Positions 8,107 to 8,889 of a stretch of 8,889 nucleotides of DNA are shown one piece after another. Below the pieces are notes generated by a model. The model worked only from the letters and a program-made list of their open reading frames with translations, was not told the DNA's origin and did not search any database. Where the stretch lies: assembly GCF_018420025.1 (NCBI RefSeq), contig NZ_JAEDAM010000045.1, forward strand, positions 1 to 8,889, read 5' to 3'. The first letter of the stretch is position 1, and each line of letters begins with the position of its first letter. The stretch comes from Candidatus Vampirococcus lugosii (lineage in GTDB: Bacteria > Patescibacteriota > Gracilibacteria > Absconditabacterales > Absconditicoccaceae). Both the position numbers and the translations under genes were made by a program.

Positions 8107-8574
8107 ATGACTATGACTACTTTTTTTATTATTTGGTTCTTACTATTAATTATATCATTAATATGATTTAAAATCACAGAAAAACATAGAACAAAAATTA
8201 AAAAACAAATAGTAGATTTATATGATCTATTTATATATGATTATACATTAAAAATCTTGAGAAATAAAGAAAATTTTTATTCATGGGATAAAGCATTAGA
8301 TATAATTTTCAAAAATCATATTGATTTCATAAAAAATAAAGATTATTCCACAAATTCTCTAAAAAATTTTAATAATAAATTTATGTTGGATATATCTTAT
8401 ACCGAGGATCTCTTATCTCAAGATAACTTATTTGATTCAAACCTTATTTCCAATTCAAATAAATTAATAAGTTGAAGTAGTTTTGTATATACTATGAATA
8501 AAGCTTTTTTTTATTCTACATGTTTATTTAGTTTATTTATGTTTTTAATTTACAAAAAATATAAAAAAATATAA
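8107..8574 (+). CDS. Hypothetical membrane protein (155 aa, hydrophobic helices at both termini)
   Basis: ATG at 8107, TAA at 8572-8574. The N-terminus is MTMTTFFIIWFLLLIISLIGF and the C-terminus is FFYSTCLFSLFMFLIY. Track ORF 8257..8475 is an in-frame piece. I recognise no family. Confidence 0.6.
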
Positions 8575-8619
8575 AATATTTTTTCATTAAACCCATCTTT
8601 GTAAACAAAAATAGCTAGT

Positions 8620-8649
8620 TTTGTAGTGGCGAGTATTATTGTATTTTCT
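8620..8649 (+). repeat. Copy 2 of the 30-nt perfect direct repeat (TTTGTAGTGGCGAGTATTATTGTATTTTCT), with GCTAG 1 nt upstream
   Basis: Identical to 343..372. It lies between the stop of the 8107 gene and the truncation point of the transposase fragment. Confidence 0.9.
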
Positions 8650-8723
8650 CTTGAAATTATGATTTTTTTCATTATAATAAATATATTATTTTTTATCTTT
8701 TATATCTTTTTGTGTAAATAACA

Positions 8724-8889
8724 CTAGTCTATATTACATTCCAAATTTATATTTGTTTTCATTCACCTATCAAAAACAAATATAATTTCTTTTATTTTAA
8801 ATCTTTCTTTTAATTCATTTACCTTTGATTGTAATGTAGATTTATCATTTATATTTCATTCCAATATTTCTATACTTATAGGATATCAA
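8724..8889 (-). pseudogene. IS4/IS1634-family DDE transposase fragment, cut by the window edge and prematurely terminated
   Basis: The minus-strand frame entering from the window edge reads GYPISIEILEGNINDKSTLQSKVNELKERFKIKEIIFVFDRGMKTNINLECNID, then TAG (8726-8724). 'G.P....l.GN..D..T......l...f.i...i.v.DRGm....N' is the region around the first catalytic D of IS4/IS1634-type transposases. Roughly the C-terminal half, with the second D and the E, is absent in all three frames downstream. It is the only reading frame in the window that ends in TAG rather than TAA. Confidence 0.55.

Noticed and set aside
343-8649. The 8.3-kb segment between the 30-nt direct repeats as an integrated mobile element or genomic island flanked by att sites
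   Set aside because: The content is core housekeeping (ruvB, hrcA, tilS, Nudix) with no integrase, recombinase or phage genes inside. Dispersed copies of a short repeat are a simpler explanation. I cannot exclude it without genome comparison.
8620-8649. The 30-mer as a CRISPR repeat (its 5' GTTTGTAG loosely recalls type II repeat starts)
   Set aside because: There are only two copies, about 8.3 kb apart. There is no repeat-spacer periodicity and no cas genes in the window. A solo or degenerate repeat or an anti-repeat remains an untestable speculation here.
1-8889. Genetic code 4 (TGA = Trp, Mycoplasma/Spiroplasma-like) as the explanation for in-frame TGA
   Set aside because: TGA falls on invariant glycines (Walker A GxxGxGKT, PP-loop SGGxDS, Nudix box G, HrcA GEPVGS). 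Trp would destroy these motifs. TGG is used separately at plausible Trp positions.

Overview
This is an extremely AT-rich bacterial window that only makes sense under genetic code 25 (TGA = Gly). That code is used by Gracilibacteria/BD1-5 and Absconditabacteria/SR1 (Patescibacteria/CPR). The supplied standard-code ORF track breaks up or misses almost every gene, and three of its ORFs are artefacts. With TGA read as glycine and only TAA/TAG as stops, I hand-translated a compact gene set. It starts with the 3' end of a PD-(D/E)XK-like gene (1..162), followed by about 500 nt of non-coding DNA. Next is a large FapA/DUF342-like gene split into two frames at an A8 tract (671..1711 and 1722..3083). 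A perfect hairpin terminator follows, then ruvB on the minus strand (3278..4228). A plus-strand run then holds a short hrcA (4350..5027), an acidic helical orphan (5030..5512), a Nudix hydrolase (5540..6004), two small orphans (6026..6460, 6478..6870), tilS (6854..8092) and a two-TM orphan (8107..8574). The window ends with a truncated IS4/IS1634-like transposase fragment on the minus strand (8724..8889). A perfectly conserved 30-nt direct repeat with a relatively GC-rich core sits in both flanking non-coding regions (343..372 and 8620..8649). I see no rRNA, tRNA or CRISPR array and no recognisable defence or secretion system. The points most worth follow-up are the recoding, the split DUF342 gene, the 30-mer repeat, and the atypical hrcA with its coupled orphan. 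All family calls come from motif recognition by eye, with no database search.
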